NCBI GenBank assembly: GCA_963976765.1
Contig: CAXBME010000005.1
Location: 124,001-188,000, forward strand
DNA length: 64,000 bases
Reading direction: 5' to 3'
Source: an uncultured Planctomycetaceae bacterium
Lineage (GTDB): Bacteria > Planctomycetota > Planctomycetia > Planctomycetales > Planctomycetaceae
The notes under the pieces were generated by a model that was not told the origin of the DNA, did no database searches, and saw only the letters and a program-made list of their open reading frames with translations. Positions 27,612 through 37,963 of this stretch are shown one piece after another. The number at the start of each line of letters is the position of its first letter. Position 1 is the first letter of the stretch. The position numbers were made by a program, and so were the translations under genes.

Positions 27612-29984
27612 ATGAGCCTGGAAAGTGCACATCCGGAACATGCAGCTATTGATGTGGTTTCGTCCGCGCCAGCGACCAGTCAGGTCAATGTCTTCGCGAC
27701 GATTCTGCGTTTCGTGCATCTCGTGCGGCTTCGCAAGTTCACGCTGATTGCGTGGCTGGCCGTTTCGATTACCGGTGGTGCGATCTTCTACTCGGTCGCT
27801 CCGCGCCTTTACGACTCGTTTGCGACCATCTACGTGATCCGCGCCGAGGGGTCCGCCAAGGCCAACACGTCGCTGGGCGACGACCAGGTTGACGTCCAGA
27901 AGATCATTGCCAATCACGTACGAATCATCTCAAGTCCCGTCGTTCTCTCGGCGGCTCTTGAGCAGATCGGTCCCGACTACCGAGTCGATCTCCAGGGAGT
28001 CAGCGAGCAGAACTGGCCTGAGGCATTGGCCAGGAACCTTGTCGTCAATTTTGAGCGAAACTCCAGCATGATCGACTTGCGGTACCGCTCGCTCGACCCG
28101 GTCGCCGCCAAGGAGATCGTCACGGCAATCCTCGATGCCTACCTGGTCTTTGTGAACAAGACGACGAAAGAAGGTGCCGACAAGGACCTGGCCAAACTGC
28201 TGGCCGACCGGGATAAGATCGCGAAGGAAATTCAAAGAAACAGTCAGGATCTGTTCCGGCTGCGAGAAGACTACGGCAACATCATCTCGACCGATTCGAA
28301 TTCGTCGGTCGACATTGGCGCTCAAAGAATCCTCGATTTGAATCAGGAGCTGACCGTTGCCGAAAAGAAACGCCGCGAAGCCGAAGCGTTTCAGTTCGCG
28401 ATCCGACGAGCCGTCGCCAACAACGAAGATCTGTCGCAATTCGCCGTGCAGTCGCTGGACGGAATCGGTGCTGACCTGATGCGGCAGGAATTCAGCCCGT
28501 CTCAGCAGGACGCGCTGCTGACCAATCGGATTATGGAAAAGTTGATTAAGGACGAGGCTGAATTTCGAGCGTTGAGTCAGATCTATCTTTCCAATCACCC
28601 CGAGATTCAGAATCTGCAAAGTCAGATCGATATTGCCCGAGCGTGGCTTGGGAATTACGAAAATCAGAGAATGACCAAACTTCACGAACTGAAGAATTCC
28701 CGGCTGGCGAAGACGCTGCAACAGCTTGCCGAACAGCGGGTTCAGCACACTCGCGAGAACGAGCAAAGTATTCAGAGTCAGTTGACTCTCGCCCGAAATT
28801 CGTTCGAAGAGTACCGCGAAACCCGAATTCAGATTCAGCAGATCGAAACCGACATCGCTCGCCTCACCAGTTTTCAGCAGTCCAACGAGGAAGCCATTAC
28901 ACACATCCGCACGATCGGCAACAGCGGCCTGGAAACAACTCCAATTCGCCGTCCACTGGTGGCTCGAATGGCCGCTTCGCCGAAGCTGACGCTGGTGGCT
29001 GCCGCGTCACTGTTTATCGGACTCTTTTTCGGGCTGGCGACAATTTACATCATCGATGTTCTGGACGATCGATTCCGATCTCCGGAAGAACTTCGGATGC
29101 AGATCGGAGCGCCGGTGCTCGCAATGGTTCGACAAATGGAGCCGACCGACGGAGCCGGTATCAACGCCATTCATACTCACGTGAAGCCGAACGCGGTCGA
29201 AACAGAAGCCTTCCGTTCGCTGCGAACGTCGATCTCGTTTTCCGATGGCGAAACTCGCCGGCTGATGGTGACAAGTTCTGAACCGAGCGATGGAAAGACG
29301 ACCGTGATGGCCAACCTGGCCGTCGCGTTTGCACAAAGTGGAAAGAAGACGCTGCTGATTGATGCCGATATGCGGCGTCCCGGAATGTCGACACTGCTCG
29401 AAAAGCGAGGCCGTCAAGGGCTTTCTCAAGTGCTTCGCGACGATGCTCCACTGGAAGAAAGCGTCCAGGAAAATATCTTCACGAACATGGTCGATGGGCT
29501 CGACTTCATCCCATCGGGGACTCGGCCAGTCAATCCTGCCGAGTTGCTCTCCAGCGACCGCTTCTCAGAACTTCTGGCGTGGGCTGAAACCGTTTACGAC
29601 CAGATTCTAGTAGACGCTCCGCCGATCCTTGCCGTGTCCGATCCGGCGATCATCGGTCGCATGGTCGACGGTGTCGTGCTCGTCATTCGTCCGGACCAGA
29701 ACCGTCGCAAGATGGTGATCCGAGCCGCTGATTCACTGACCAGTGCCGATATTAATCTGCTCGGCATTGCTGTGAACCGAGTCTCTGGCAAGAACGGAGG
29801 CGACTATTACGGATACGGTTATGGCTACGGGTACGGGTACGGCTACGGTTATGGCTACGGCAAAGAAGGTTACGGCAATGAAAAGGACGATCTGGCTCCG
29901 CTTGACGAGTCCGAAATGGTGACCATGCCGGTGAATGCGTCCTTCAACGACGATGATTCCGAACCAGAAAGAATCGCCGCATGA
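27612..29984 (+). CDS. Polysaccharide co-polymerase / BY-kinase (Wzc-like)
   Basis: Two TMs with a periplasmic coiled coil, EAFRSLRT, SSEPSDGKTT, LIDADMRRP, DAPP and a C-terminal (YG)n cluster. Confidence 0.93.
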   Translation: MSLESAHPEHAAIDVVSSAPATSQVNVFATILRFVHLVRLRKFTLIAWLAVSITGGAIFYSVAPRLYDSFATIYVIRAEGSAKANTSLGDDQVDVQKIIANHVRIISSPVVLSAALEQIGPDYRVDLQGVSEQNWPEALARNLVVNFERNSSMIDLRYRSLDPVAAKEIVTAILDAYLVFVNKTTKEGADKDLAKLLADRDKIAKEIQRNSQDLFRLREDYGNIISTDSNSSVDIGAQRILDLNQELTVAEKKRREAEAFQFAIRRAVANNEDLSQFAVQSLDGIGADLMRQEFSPSQQDALLTNRIMEKLIKDEAEFRALSQIYLSNHPEIQNLQSQIDIARAWLGNYENQRMTKLHELKNSRLAKTLQQLAEQRVQHTRENEQSIQSQLTLARNSFEEYRETRIQIQQIETDIARLTSFQQSNEEAITHIRTIGNSGLETTPIRRPLVARMAASPKLTLVAAASLFIGLFFGLATIYIIDVLDDRFRSPEELRMQIGAPVLAMVRQMEPTDGAGINAIHTHVKPNAVETEAFRSLRTSISFSDGETRRLMVTSSEPSDGKTTVMANLAVAFAQSGKKTLLIDADMRRPGMSTLLEKRGRQGLSQVLRDDAPLEESVQENIFTNMVDGLDFIPSGTRPVNPAELLSSDRFSELLAWAETVYDQILVDAPPILAVSDPAIIGRMVDGVVLVIRPDQNRRKMVIRAADSLTSADINLLGIAVNRVSGKNGGDYYGYGYGYGYGYGYGYGYGKEGYGNEKDDLAPLDESEMVTMPVNASFNDDDSEPERIAA

Positions 29985-32626
29985 CCAGCAGACGGTCGCT
30001 TCTGATCATCGACGCTGGAATGCTGCTCGGAGCATTTGCCGTTCCGTTCGCTTTTGGCGGACGACATTCGATCGGAGAGTTTCTGCTCGTCTGCTCGGCT
30101 GTAGTTTGCGTCGCTGGCTGGGTGATTCATCAACTGGTGAGTGACGAGCCCGACTGGGTGAGCACTCGAGTCGAGCCGCTACTTCTGGCGATTCTGGCTC
30201 TGGGCCTGATTCAGATTGTCCCGTTGCCGCACTCGATCGTCCGTGCTCTGTCACCCGCGATGGACGACGTCATCCCGCTGCTGTCCGCTTCGGCGATGGA
30301 AGACGGAGTCTTTCGCACGCCCTGGTCACAGCTTTCAATGACCGTCAGCGAGTCTGCTCCAGGACTGGCGGTCGGCATCGCCTACGTGCTGATTTTCCTG
30401 GTAACGACTCAACGAATCCGCGCCGTCGATGATGCCTCACGCATCCTGAAGATCGTCGCGGTTTCCGGCGTCGCGATGACCGCTTTCGCGTTCGTGCAGT
30501 TCTTCTTTTCGAACGGTCTCTACTTCTGGCTGATCGATTTGCCTCAGGGGGTCGCCGACGACCGACTGAAGGGCGCGTTTCTCAACAAGAATCACTTCGC
30601 TCAGTTTGCGGCATTGTCAGTTGGCCCGCTGGTCTGGTGGCTGGGAGTTCAGACCGCATCCGATAAACGGCCTCGCTTCGATCATTCACGACGAAGAAGC
30701 AATCCGCGTTCGCCACATTCGATGATGCCCGTTCTGCTGGCAGCTGCGCTGGGGGCGGTCGTCACGGCGGTAATGATTTCACGAGCCCGCGGCGCGTTTG
30801 TCGCTCTGTCCGTCGCCTCGGTCGTGCTTGTGGCGATGCTCTTTTCAAAAGAGCTGATCAATCGAAAACAGCTGGCTGCTGCCGCCGCCGCCGTCGCGGT
30901 GGGAGTCCTGCTGGTCGCCATCGTTGGACATCGGGAACTTGCGCGAGTCACCGAACGGCTTCATAACTGGGACAGCAACGGACGAGTCCAGATCTGGAAG
31001 GCAAACCTCGACGTCTTCAGTGAGTTTCCTGTCGTCGGTACCGGCGTCGGCAGTCACGTTTACATTCACCAGAGACATCTCGACCAGCCGTACAGCGTCA
31101 GTCGCTACACTCACGCCGAAAGCAGTTATCTGCAGGTCGCGTCCGAAACAGGTTTACCCGGCCTGATTCTGATGCTCACGTGCCTGGTTGTCGCCTTTTT
31201 CTGGTGCATCCGTGGAGTTCGCATCAGCCGGAACCGCACCGTGACGCTGGCCCTGTGCGGCGTGATGTGTTCGCTGCTGATTTCGTGCATTCAGTCGGTC
31301 GCTGATTTCGTGTGGTACATTCCCGGCTGCATGATCCCGCTGGTTCTTCAACTCGCCTGCGCCTGCCGGCTCTACCAGTTTGAAGCGGACAACCAGGCAT
31401 CTCCAAAGTCCCGTCGCATTCGGCACCTGCCTCGCCTCGGTGTCGCTGCTGCCGCCGTAATGGTTCTTCCCGTGGCGGGCTGGATGTTTTCCGAGTGGAC
31501 GCCGAGGTTGCTCGCCGAACCGTACTGGTCGAACTACCGAAAGATCGTTCTCGCTGAGTACACCGGCAAGGATATCTCGACGAGCGTCGATGGGAATCCA
31601 GAATCAAAGACCGAAACTCTTCAACAGATCATGAGTGATCTTCGCGAGGCGGCGGAGAGAAATCCCAACGACTCGCGAATTCATACTCGCCTGGCCGTTC
31701 AGTACACCCGAGTCTTTCACCTGTTGCAGGAAGAGTCGGAAAACTCGTTGCCGCTCAACCAGATTCGAGACGCCGCTGAAACGGGCGGCTTCGAAACTCA
31801 CGTGGAAATGCTCGACTGGCTGACGCGAGCGTTCGGTAGCAATATCACTTACGCCTTTGCTGCCAAACGGCATGCACGGCGAGCCATCGAGTTGAATCCG
31901 CTCGATGGTCGAGCATGGCTTGCCTACTCAGAACTCGCGTTTCTGGACGATGCTCCAGCCGGCTACGACCGCAAGTGCATCGACCAGAGTCTGCGTCTCC
32001 TGCCAAACGATGCTTCCGTGCTTTACACCGCCGGTCGGGAAGCTCGTGTCGACGGTGACGTCGAACAGTGGATTGAACTCTGGAAGAAAGCCTTCCATCG
32101 TGACGTAGCCGTTCAGGAGCAGATCACGCGACGGATGGCGGAATGGTCCGAGTTGCCCGTCGAAGTGATCGTTAAAGCCTTCGATCCTGACGTCGATGCG
32201 ATGGACAGAGCGGTTGAAATTTTCAGTCAGCTCGGACAGGAACAGAATAAACAAAAGGCTTTGGAAGTGCTGGCCGCGCGGCTGATCGAACGAGCTCAGG
32301 TTCCCAGCAACCTGGACCGAGCGACCGATTGGCGCAAAGCCGCTGTCGCGTTTCACCGACTCGACAACGTCGAGCAGGTTGAAGCCTGCTTCAAAAGTGC
32401 CGCGGAAGCTGCACCAACGAATTTTCGAGTCCGTTTTGACTACGGCTCGTGGCTGCTGACTCAGGGCCGCCCCGCCGCAGCGACAGAACATTTGCAATGG
32501 TGCCAGCGGATGGCCCCTCACGACGGACAGGTTCAGAAAGCCCTGGACGCTCTCAACCGAGCCATCCGCCGAAACAACAACATTCGCCAGGCAACCATGA
32601 CGTCGGATGACCTGACTGGCCGTTAG
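29981..32626 (+). CDS. O-antigen ligase/Wzy_C family protein with C-terminal TPR region
   Basis: G.F.NKNHFA, SRARGA, GR..IW, P..GTG.G and HAESSYLQ...ETG..G, followed by a helical TPR-like tail. ATGA overlap with the Wzc-like gene. Confidence 0.85.
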   Translation: MTSRRSLLIIDAGMLLGAFAVPFAFGGRHSIGEFLLVCSAVVCVAGWVIHQLVSDEPDWVSTRVEPLLLAILALGLIQIVPLPHSIVRALSPAMDDVIPLLSASAMEDGVFRTPWSQLSMTVSESAPGLAVGIAYVLIFLVTTQRIRAVDDASRILKIVAVSGVAMTAFAFVQFFFSNGLYFWLIDLPQGVADDRLKGAFLNKNHFAQFAALSVGPLVWWLGVQTASDKRPRFDHSRRRSNPRSPHSMMPVLLAAALGAVVTAVMISRARGAFVALSVASVVLVAMLFSKELINRKQLAAAAAAVAVGVLLVAIVGHRELARVTERLHNWDSNGRVQIWKANLDVFSEFPVVGTGVGSHVYIHQRHLDQPYSVSRYTHAESSYLQVASETGLPGLILMLTCLVVAFFWCIRGVRISRNRTVTLALCGVMCSLLISCIQSVADFVWYIPGCMIPLVLQLACACRLYQFEADNQASPKSRRIRHLPRLGVAAAAVMVLPVAGWMFSEWTPRLLAEPYWSNYRKIVLAEYTGKDISTSVDGNPESKTETLQQIMSDLREAAERNPNDSRIHTRLAVQYTRVFHLLQEESENSLPLNQIRDAAETGGFETHVEMLDWLTRAFGSNITYAFAAKRHARRAIELNPLDGRAWLAYSELAFLDDAPAGYDRKCIDQSLRLLPNDASVLYTAGREARVDGDVEQWIELWKKAFHRDVAVQEQITRRMAEWSELPVEVIVKAFDPDVDAMDRAVEIFSQLGQEQNKQKALEVLAARLIERAQVPSNLDRATDWRKAAVAFHRLDNVEQVEACFKSAAEAAPTNFRVRFDYGSWLLTQGRPAAATEHLQWCQRMAPHDGQVQKALDALNRAIRRNNNIRQATMTSDDLTGR

Positions 32627-33267
32627 GGATTCGTCTGGACGGCGTTCGACCTTTTACCGCAACAGCCCGAACCCCCACTACGCATTCCGGTTCGTTAGTG
32701 AGGCGTCAAAATTCGGTCGCAGACGCGGACTTACCCTGTGCACGATCTTCGGCTCTCGACGATTCCGTCCTTGAATTCACATCCAGCGACCGCGATATCC
32801 TGGTGTCTCGATCGTCTTTCCCTGGGTCTCTCGAAGAGATTGTCCATCGCCGGGGGATAATGCGTGAGCGAATACGGCAACTGGAAGTACAGCGTAAAGC
32901 AAGACTTCCTGCTCGGTTTACGAACACGTTCAAACGCCTCGGACTTGCCGTACTTTCTGAATGCACTCGTCGGCTCGCTCCGATTGAAATCCTGCTCCTG
33001 GCTGCATGGTGAACCGTATCTGGCAGCCAGTGGAGAGACATCGCCGCCGCTGTCGTGTTGCAGGCGATCGGTCTCTGGAGATGCACTGACGAATGGGCAG
33101 TGCATCGGGCAAGTGACGAGTGAGCAGGCAGTTCCTCGCTGGCAAACGGAGCTTTCGAATTCCGGATTGCCCGTTCCGTGGGCGCGTCGAGGTGCGGTCG
33201 ATAAACTCGCCGCCTCGGTTTAACACAAACCGCTCCGCATGATGGAGCGCCACAGAATTCTGACAGG

Positions 33268-34548
33268 ATGAAATCAATGATTCGCGAATCCCGTTTGCTG
33301 ACGGCACTCGTTCTATTTCCCCTTTGCGCTCTGATGCTGTGCGTTTCAGCCGTTTCGGCTCAGGACGAAAAGACTGAGGGCGGTGCTGCAAAGTCGCCCG
33401 CACCGGCTCTGAAGGTCACCGTCGATGCGGATGAGAAAGAACCGAGTGAACAATGGAAGTCGCTTCTTACGCGTCGGCTTGCAATCTTTGAGAAACTTCA
33501 GGAACTGAAGAAGAAGTTTGAGGACGCAGCAACGAGTGACGAGAAACGGAGCGTTCGAGATCAGTACGTTGACCTGATTCGCGAGTTCGAGGTCGAGATT
33601 TATCCGGACATGCTGGAACTGGCTGCAAAGGTCTATGAGAAGAACGAAAGTGATCTCGACGCCGGCGAAATCGTCATGAAGGAAGCCTTCAATAACAACG
33701 ACTTTGATCGTTCTGCCGAAATCTCTGCGAAGCTGCTGGCCGCTGACCGGAACACGAAAGATGTGCTGAGTATGGGGGCCGTTTCTCAGTTTGCACTGCA
33801 CAATTTCGAACAGGCATCTGCAATCTTCGCCGAAGCTCAGAAAAGCAACCGGCTCGACCTGCGTTACGAAACCTATATCGACGCCGCAAAGAAGTATCAG
33901 GAATTGTGGAAGGCCGAGCAGGAAATTCGAGCCAAAGAGGACGCGCTGGAAGGCGACGCTGCTTTGCCGCGGATTCAGTTTGAAACGTCGAAAGGCAAGA
34001 TCGTTTTTGAGCTGTTCGAAGATCACGCACCAAACACCGTCGCCAATGCGATCAGCCTGGTCGAAGGCGGTAAGTACGATGGCATCGCCTTCCACCGAGT
34101 TATCAACGGGTTCATGGCTCAGGGCGGAGACCCGAACACGCTTGATGACGATCCGAGCAACGATGGTTATGGCGGACCGGGTTACTCCATCAAATGCGAA
34201 TGCTACGAGCCGGGCACACGGATGCATTTCCGGGGAAGCCTCAGCATGGCTCACTCCGGACAGGACACGGGCGGGTCGCAATTCTTCATTACTCATCTCC
34301 CGACCGACTGGCTGAACGCTCGAACGGAACCCGACAAAGGCGGCCACACTGTCTTCGGGCGGGTGATCGAAGGAATGAAGGTCGCTGCAGCGTTGCGACG
34401 CGGCGACAAAATCACGAAGGCCACCGTGCTGCGAAAACGCCCCCATGAATACAAGCCGGAGATCACTCCTGACGAGAAGCCCGAAGAGCCGGCTGACGAC
34501 AATTCGACGGATGAATCAACAAAAGACGATGACACGAAGACTGAATAA
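33268..34548 (+). CDS. Secreted cyclophilin-type peptidyl-prolyl isomerase with N-terminal helical/TPR-like domain
   Basis: TSKGKIVFELF...APNTVAN, FHRVINGFMAQGGDP, GGPGY, GSLSMAH.G.DTGGSQFFI and HTVFGRV. Confidence 0.93.
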   Translation: MKSMIRESRLLTALVLFPLCALMLCVSAVSAQDEKTEGGAAKSPAPALKVTVDADEKEPSEQWKSLLTRRLAIFEKLQELKKKFEDAATSDEKRSVRDQYVDLIREFEVEIYPDMLELAAKVYEKNESDLDAGEIVMKEAFNNNDFDRSAEISAKLLAADRNTKDVLSMGAVSQFALHNFEQASAIFAEAQKSNRLDLRYETYIDAAKKYQELWKAEQEIRAKEDALEGDAALPRIQFETSKGKIVFELFEDHAPNTVANAISLVEGGKYDGIAFHRVINGFMAQGGDPNTLDDDPSNDGYGGPGYSIKCECYEPGTRMHFRGSLSMAHSGQDTGGSQFFITHLPTDWLNARTEPDKGGHTVFGRVIEGMKVAAALRRGDKITKATVLRKRPHEYKPEITPDEKPEEPADDNSTDESTKDDDTKTE

Positions 34549-34571
34549 TTAACTTGCTCAATTATCAACCA

Positions 34572-34609
34572 GAAGAACCCCGGGATCATCGATCTGCCGG
34601 GGTTTCTTC
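34572..34609 (+). terminator. Probable intrinsic terminator
   Basis: GAAGAACCCCGG...CCGGGGTTTCTTC lies just after the cyclophilin stop. Confidence 0.65.
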
Positions 34610-34627
34610 ACGTAGCATGGAGCTTTC

Positions 34628-36406
34628 GTGATCGAGCAACTACTGATTTCGGTTATGCTGATTGCTCCGCTGGCTGGCTGGCTGCTGGCCGAGGGGCTGC
34701 CGCATCAGCGAAATTCTGCATTACTCATTCCAACGACGATCACGGGAATAGCGGCCCTGTCATGGATGGGCTGTTCGTACGCAGGGGTGACTGAGACTGC
34801 TGCTCAAATCTCCGTTGGCAACTGGATGGTCATCCCTGATGGGAATGGGCTGGCTATCAATCTGGCATTTTACGCGGACCAGTCGCGGTGCATGCTGACT
34901 CTTGCTGCCTCATTGATACTGCTGCTGAGAATTGTCCGAAACAGCTGCGCAGCAAATGATGTCGAGGCCACAGTACCACTGCTTTATCCGTTGAGCATCG
35001 CCGCGATTATGGTTACAGACCTGGTCGTCATAGCGAGTCTCTGGGGTGTCATAGACTGTTGCGTTGTCGGTATTGTGGCCAGAGAAACCGCTTCGACGAC
35101 TCCGTCAAGGCGACGTCTTAACACGACCAGAATTCTCAGCGGCTCTGCGGTGTTGCTGCTGCTCGCATCTTTGATGGCGATGGCTCGGTACGACTCGTCC
35201 GTTGTCTCAGAAATCGTGGCTGGGGCAGCCGAGGATCGCCGGATCGACGGCACGACTGTTGCCTCAGGCTTGTCAGTGTTGATTGTCGCAGCAGTGACCA
35301 TTCGCTGTGCATTCTTCCCGGCCTTGATCTGGCCTCGATCCGTTCTGGAGTCCGGTTCTCGCGATGCAGGAATCGTCGTCGTGCTTGCCGGAATTCTGCC
35401 TGGCCTGTCGCTCGCTGCTGCTTTAGCACCACTTGGCGCCGTCGCGTCTGAAGCATTTCTCCTGTTCGGAATGCTGGGAGTTCTTACGTCCTTTACCGCG
35501 ACGGGTGTTGCCCTGGTTCAGAACGGCATAGCCAAAGTCGCTACGCTGTTAAGCATTGGTGCAGCCGGCTTGTCGGCTGTCGGGGTCGCCACGAGTTCTT
35601 CTGCGCTGAGCTGCATCACGATTGGCACCTTGTTTGTTCAACTGATTGGCATCTTTGTTCTGCGTCGATGCAGCGAGCTGGCGAACCGAGGTACTGCGTT
35701 TGGTGTTGCGATTCTGGTTGCCGTTTCTGGAATCGGCGGCACCAACAGGATCCTGTCACTTATTGAGTTTTCACTGGCAGAGACCGAAAAAAACGGCAGC
35801 GGAGATTCAACAAGCCACCTCCTGGTTTATATGTGGTGGGGAATTGTCGTCAGTCAGATCCTCTGGGGATTTGCCGTCGTAAAACTGGCAACAATTCAAC
35901 CGCCGATGCAGGCTTTACGGACTATCAGCGCGACCGATTCCCGACTGGGAAATTTCGTCGCGACGACGGCTGCTTGCCTTGCACTCATTAGGTGCATGAT
36001 TCCTCTGAGTAACGCTCAGCCAGGTCTGCCAGTCCTGTTGCTGACATTCGGAGCCGCGACGCCAGCGTGTCTGCTCGGCGCAGTCGCTGCATGGCTGCTG
36101 GCAAAATCAAGTGACGTAGCGCGGGGCAAAGTCGTCGACTCCCTCGACTCACTGACGCGACTCAGTCGTGAGTGGTTCTACATCGAAGATGCAATCCACT
36201 ACGGAATCAGATTGCCTGTTCGAGGTTTGGCTCTGCTGGCGGACGTGTGTGATCGCAGAGTTCTTGGTGGTCGGCCCGAAGAGGCCTGGGAGCATGTGCC
36301 GACACGCATCGCCGACCCCTTCGAGTATCTGCGAACTCAGCCGGCAACTTATTACGGGCTGACGGGCACGCTACTCGTTGTCGGATTGCTGTGGGCACTT
36401 GCTTAA
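34628..36406 (+). CDS. Highly divergent NuoL/ND5/MrpA-like membrane protein
   Basis: About 15 TMs with NuoL-like landmarks: W......I.L.FY.D, RCAFFP..IWP (cf. KSAQ.P..WLP), ALVQN.I.KV and a C-terminal W.YIED...LR..Q. Key charged residues are altered. Confidence 0.6.
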   Translation: MIEQLLISVMLIAPLAGWLLAEGLPHQRNSALLIPTTITGIAALSWMGCSYAGVTETAAQISVGNWMVIPDGNGLAINLAFYADQSRCMLTLAASLILLLRIVRNSCAANDVEATVPLLYPLSIAAIMVTDLVVIASLWGVIDCCVVGIVARETASTTPSRRRLNTTRILSGSAVLLLLASLMAMARYDSSVVSEIVAGAAEDRRIDGTTVASGLSVLIVAAVTIRCAFFPALIWPRSVLESGSRDAGIVVVLAGILPGLSLAAALAPLGAVASEAFLLFGMLGVLTSFTATGVALVQNGIAKVATLLSIGAAGLSAVGVATSSSALSCITIGTLFVQLIGIFVLRRCSELANRGTAFGVAILVAVSGIGGTNRILSLIEFSLAETEKNGSGDSTSHLLVYMWWGIVVSQILWGFAVVKLATIQPPMQALRTISATDSRLGNFVATTAACLALIRCMIPLSNAQPGLPVLLLTFGAATPACLLGAVAAWLLAKSSDVARGKVVDSLDSLTRLSREWFYIEDAIHYGIRLPVRGLALLADVCDRRVLGGRPEEAWEHVPTRIADPFEYLRTQPATYYGLTGTLLVVGLLWALA

Positions 36407-36451
36407 GCAGATTCAGGATTAGTTTTCATACGGAGTTACCTGCACGTAGCC

Positions 36452-36874
36452 TTACTCGCCAATGATTTTGACGAGAAGTCGCTTCTTACGCCGCCCGTCA
36501 AACTCATAGTAGAAAATGTGCTCCCACGGTCCCAGGTGCAGTTTTCCGTCGGTGATTGCGACCACAACTTCGCGGCCCATAATCTGCCGCTTGTGATGCG
36601 CGTCGGCGTTGTCTTCTCCCGTACGGTTGTGGTGGTACCGTTCCGGTGAAGGGTCGAACGGAGCGAGCTGTTCCAGCCAGAGGTCGTAGTCGTGATGAAG
36701 TCCCGGCTCGTCGTCATTGATAAAAACGCTCGCCGTTATGTGCATCGCATTTACCAGAACGAGTCCATCCTGCACGCCGCTTTCGGCAACGAGTCGCTCG
36801 ACTTCGCGGTGGACTGAGACAATCGCCCGTCGTTGGGGGATCTCCATCCAGAGTTCTTTGGTCAGTGTTTTCAC
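36452..36874 (-). CDS. yjbQ: YjbQ/UPF0047 family (secondary thiamine-phosphate synthase-like)
   Basis: [27 protein letters not shown] and L.LGPWE.IFY.EFDG.R. GTG start has an AGGGGA SD. Confidence 0.88.
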   Translation of the reverse strand: MKTLTKELWMEIPQRRAIVSVHREVERLVAESGVQDGLVLVNAMHITASVFINDDEPGLHHDYDLWLEQLAPFDPSPERYHHNRTGEDNADAHHKRQIMGREVVVAITDGKLHLGPWEHIFYYEFDGRRKKRLLVKIIGE

Positions 36875-36887
36875 CGTTTCCCCTTTA

Positions 36888-37892
36888 CTACTGAGCGGTT
36901 CGGTTTTCTTCCGCACGAGTCTGAATCTCTTTCAGAGATGGCATCAGGGCATGCTGATCCCGCAGCACGGCAAACACTCCAGCCGTGACAAGGTCGGCGG
37001 TGGTGCCAGGATTTCGCTGACTACCTTTCGCTCGGAGCCAGCGGTCGAATTCTCTGATCCTCATTCGACCTTCCATTGCCATCGGCCAGCCAGCTCGCAG
37101 AACAGACCTGGCTCGTCGCACAACCTCGCGGGCATCGATCGAATTGCATTTCCTGGCGATGTCCGTGTCACCATCCCGGGCAAGCAGTGAGAGATGAAGG
37201 TGGACGATGGTCTGCTCCCAGTCTTCTTCGAAACGCCCCGACGCAATCAACGACGAAACGCCGAACTCAAGAACCGTTTCAAAACCGCTGGCGTATTGCT
37301 TAGCCACGGCGTCGCGACTGGACGCCAGCGTCATGACTTCGGTCAACGTCCCCGTCGGCGACGACGTGGAGACATCTTCTGAGTCAGCGCTCCCCAGACC
37401 GCGAGGTTGCGCCAGACGAATGGCTTCAAAGACGTACGCGGCATCTTCCTGCGTGAGCCCGGACAGGACACCAGGAATTCCTTCTGATAGAGTTGTGTCG
37501 AGCGGAACGGCGGTCAGTGGAGCGAGCAACAGAATGATGCCGAGATTCGTGTTGTGCTCGCAAACGGCCCGCGTCGCCCTGACTGCATCCAGGATGCTTC
37601 TGCCGACTCCGATATCGGCTGCGCGAGCCAGCACGGGAGCAATTGCTTCGGCGGATGCGACAAAATCTTCGTACGCGATATGCTCGAACGATTCGCCAGG
37701 GTGGACGTTGCCCGGTTTTCGTGACGTCGCTTCGAGCAGGCAGGCCCGATGAACGCACTCCTGAAGATTGACGGCGGGCACGCGATACCTTGGTTGTAAT
37801 TCTGGGGGTGATTGTGTCGCGGTTGTGGAATTCTGCGATGAAGAAGACCGGCATGAATTCACGCTCGGTCCTAATTCTGCAAGAGACACCAC
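36888..37892 (-). CDS. CitG-family (triphosphoribosyl-dephospho-CoA synthase-like) protein
   Basis: ACLLE...[25 protein letters not shown] and NPGTTADLV. True start is probably about 100 nt downstream of the ORF start. Confidence 0.88.
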   Translation of the reverse strand: MVSLAELGPSVNSCRSSSSQNSTTATQSPPELQPRYRVPAVNLQECVHRACLLEATSRKPGNVHPGESFEHIAYEDFVASAEAIAPVLARAADIGVGRSILDAVRATRAVCEHNTNLGIILLLAPLTAVPLDTTLSEGIPGVLSGLTQEDAAYVFEAIRLAQPRGLGSADSEDVSTSSPTGTLTEVMTLASSRDAVAKQYASGFETVLEFGVSSLIASGRFEEDWEQTIVHLHLSLLARDGDTDIARKCNSIDAREVVRRARSVLRAGWPMAMEGRMRIREFDRWLRAKGSQRNPGTTADLVTAGVFAVLRDQHALMPSLKEIQTRAEENRTAQ

Positions 37893-37963
37893 ACTTCAAG
37901 CCTGCAAAGTCGACAATTTCATGATACTGAACGGCCATTGAGCCACTGGTCAGGATTTATGTC

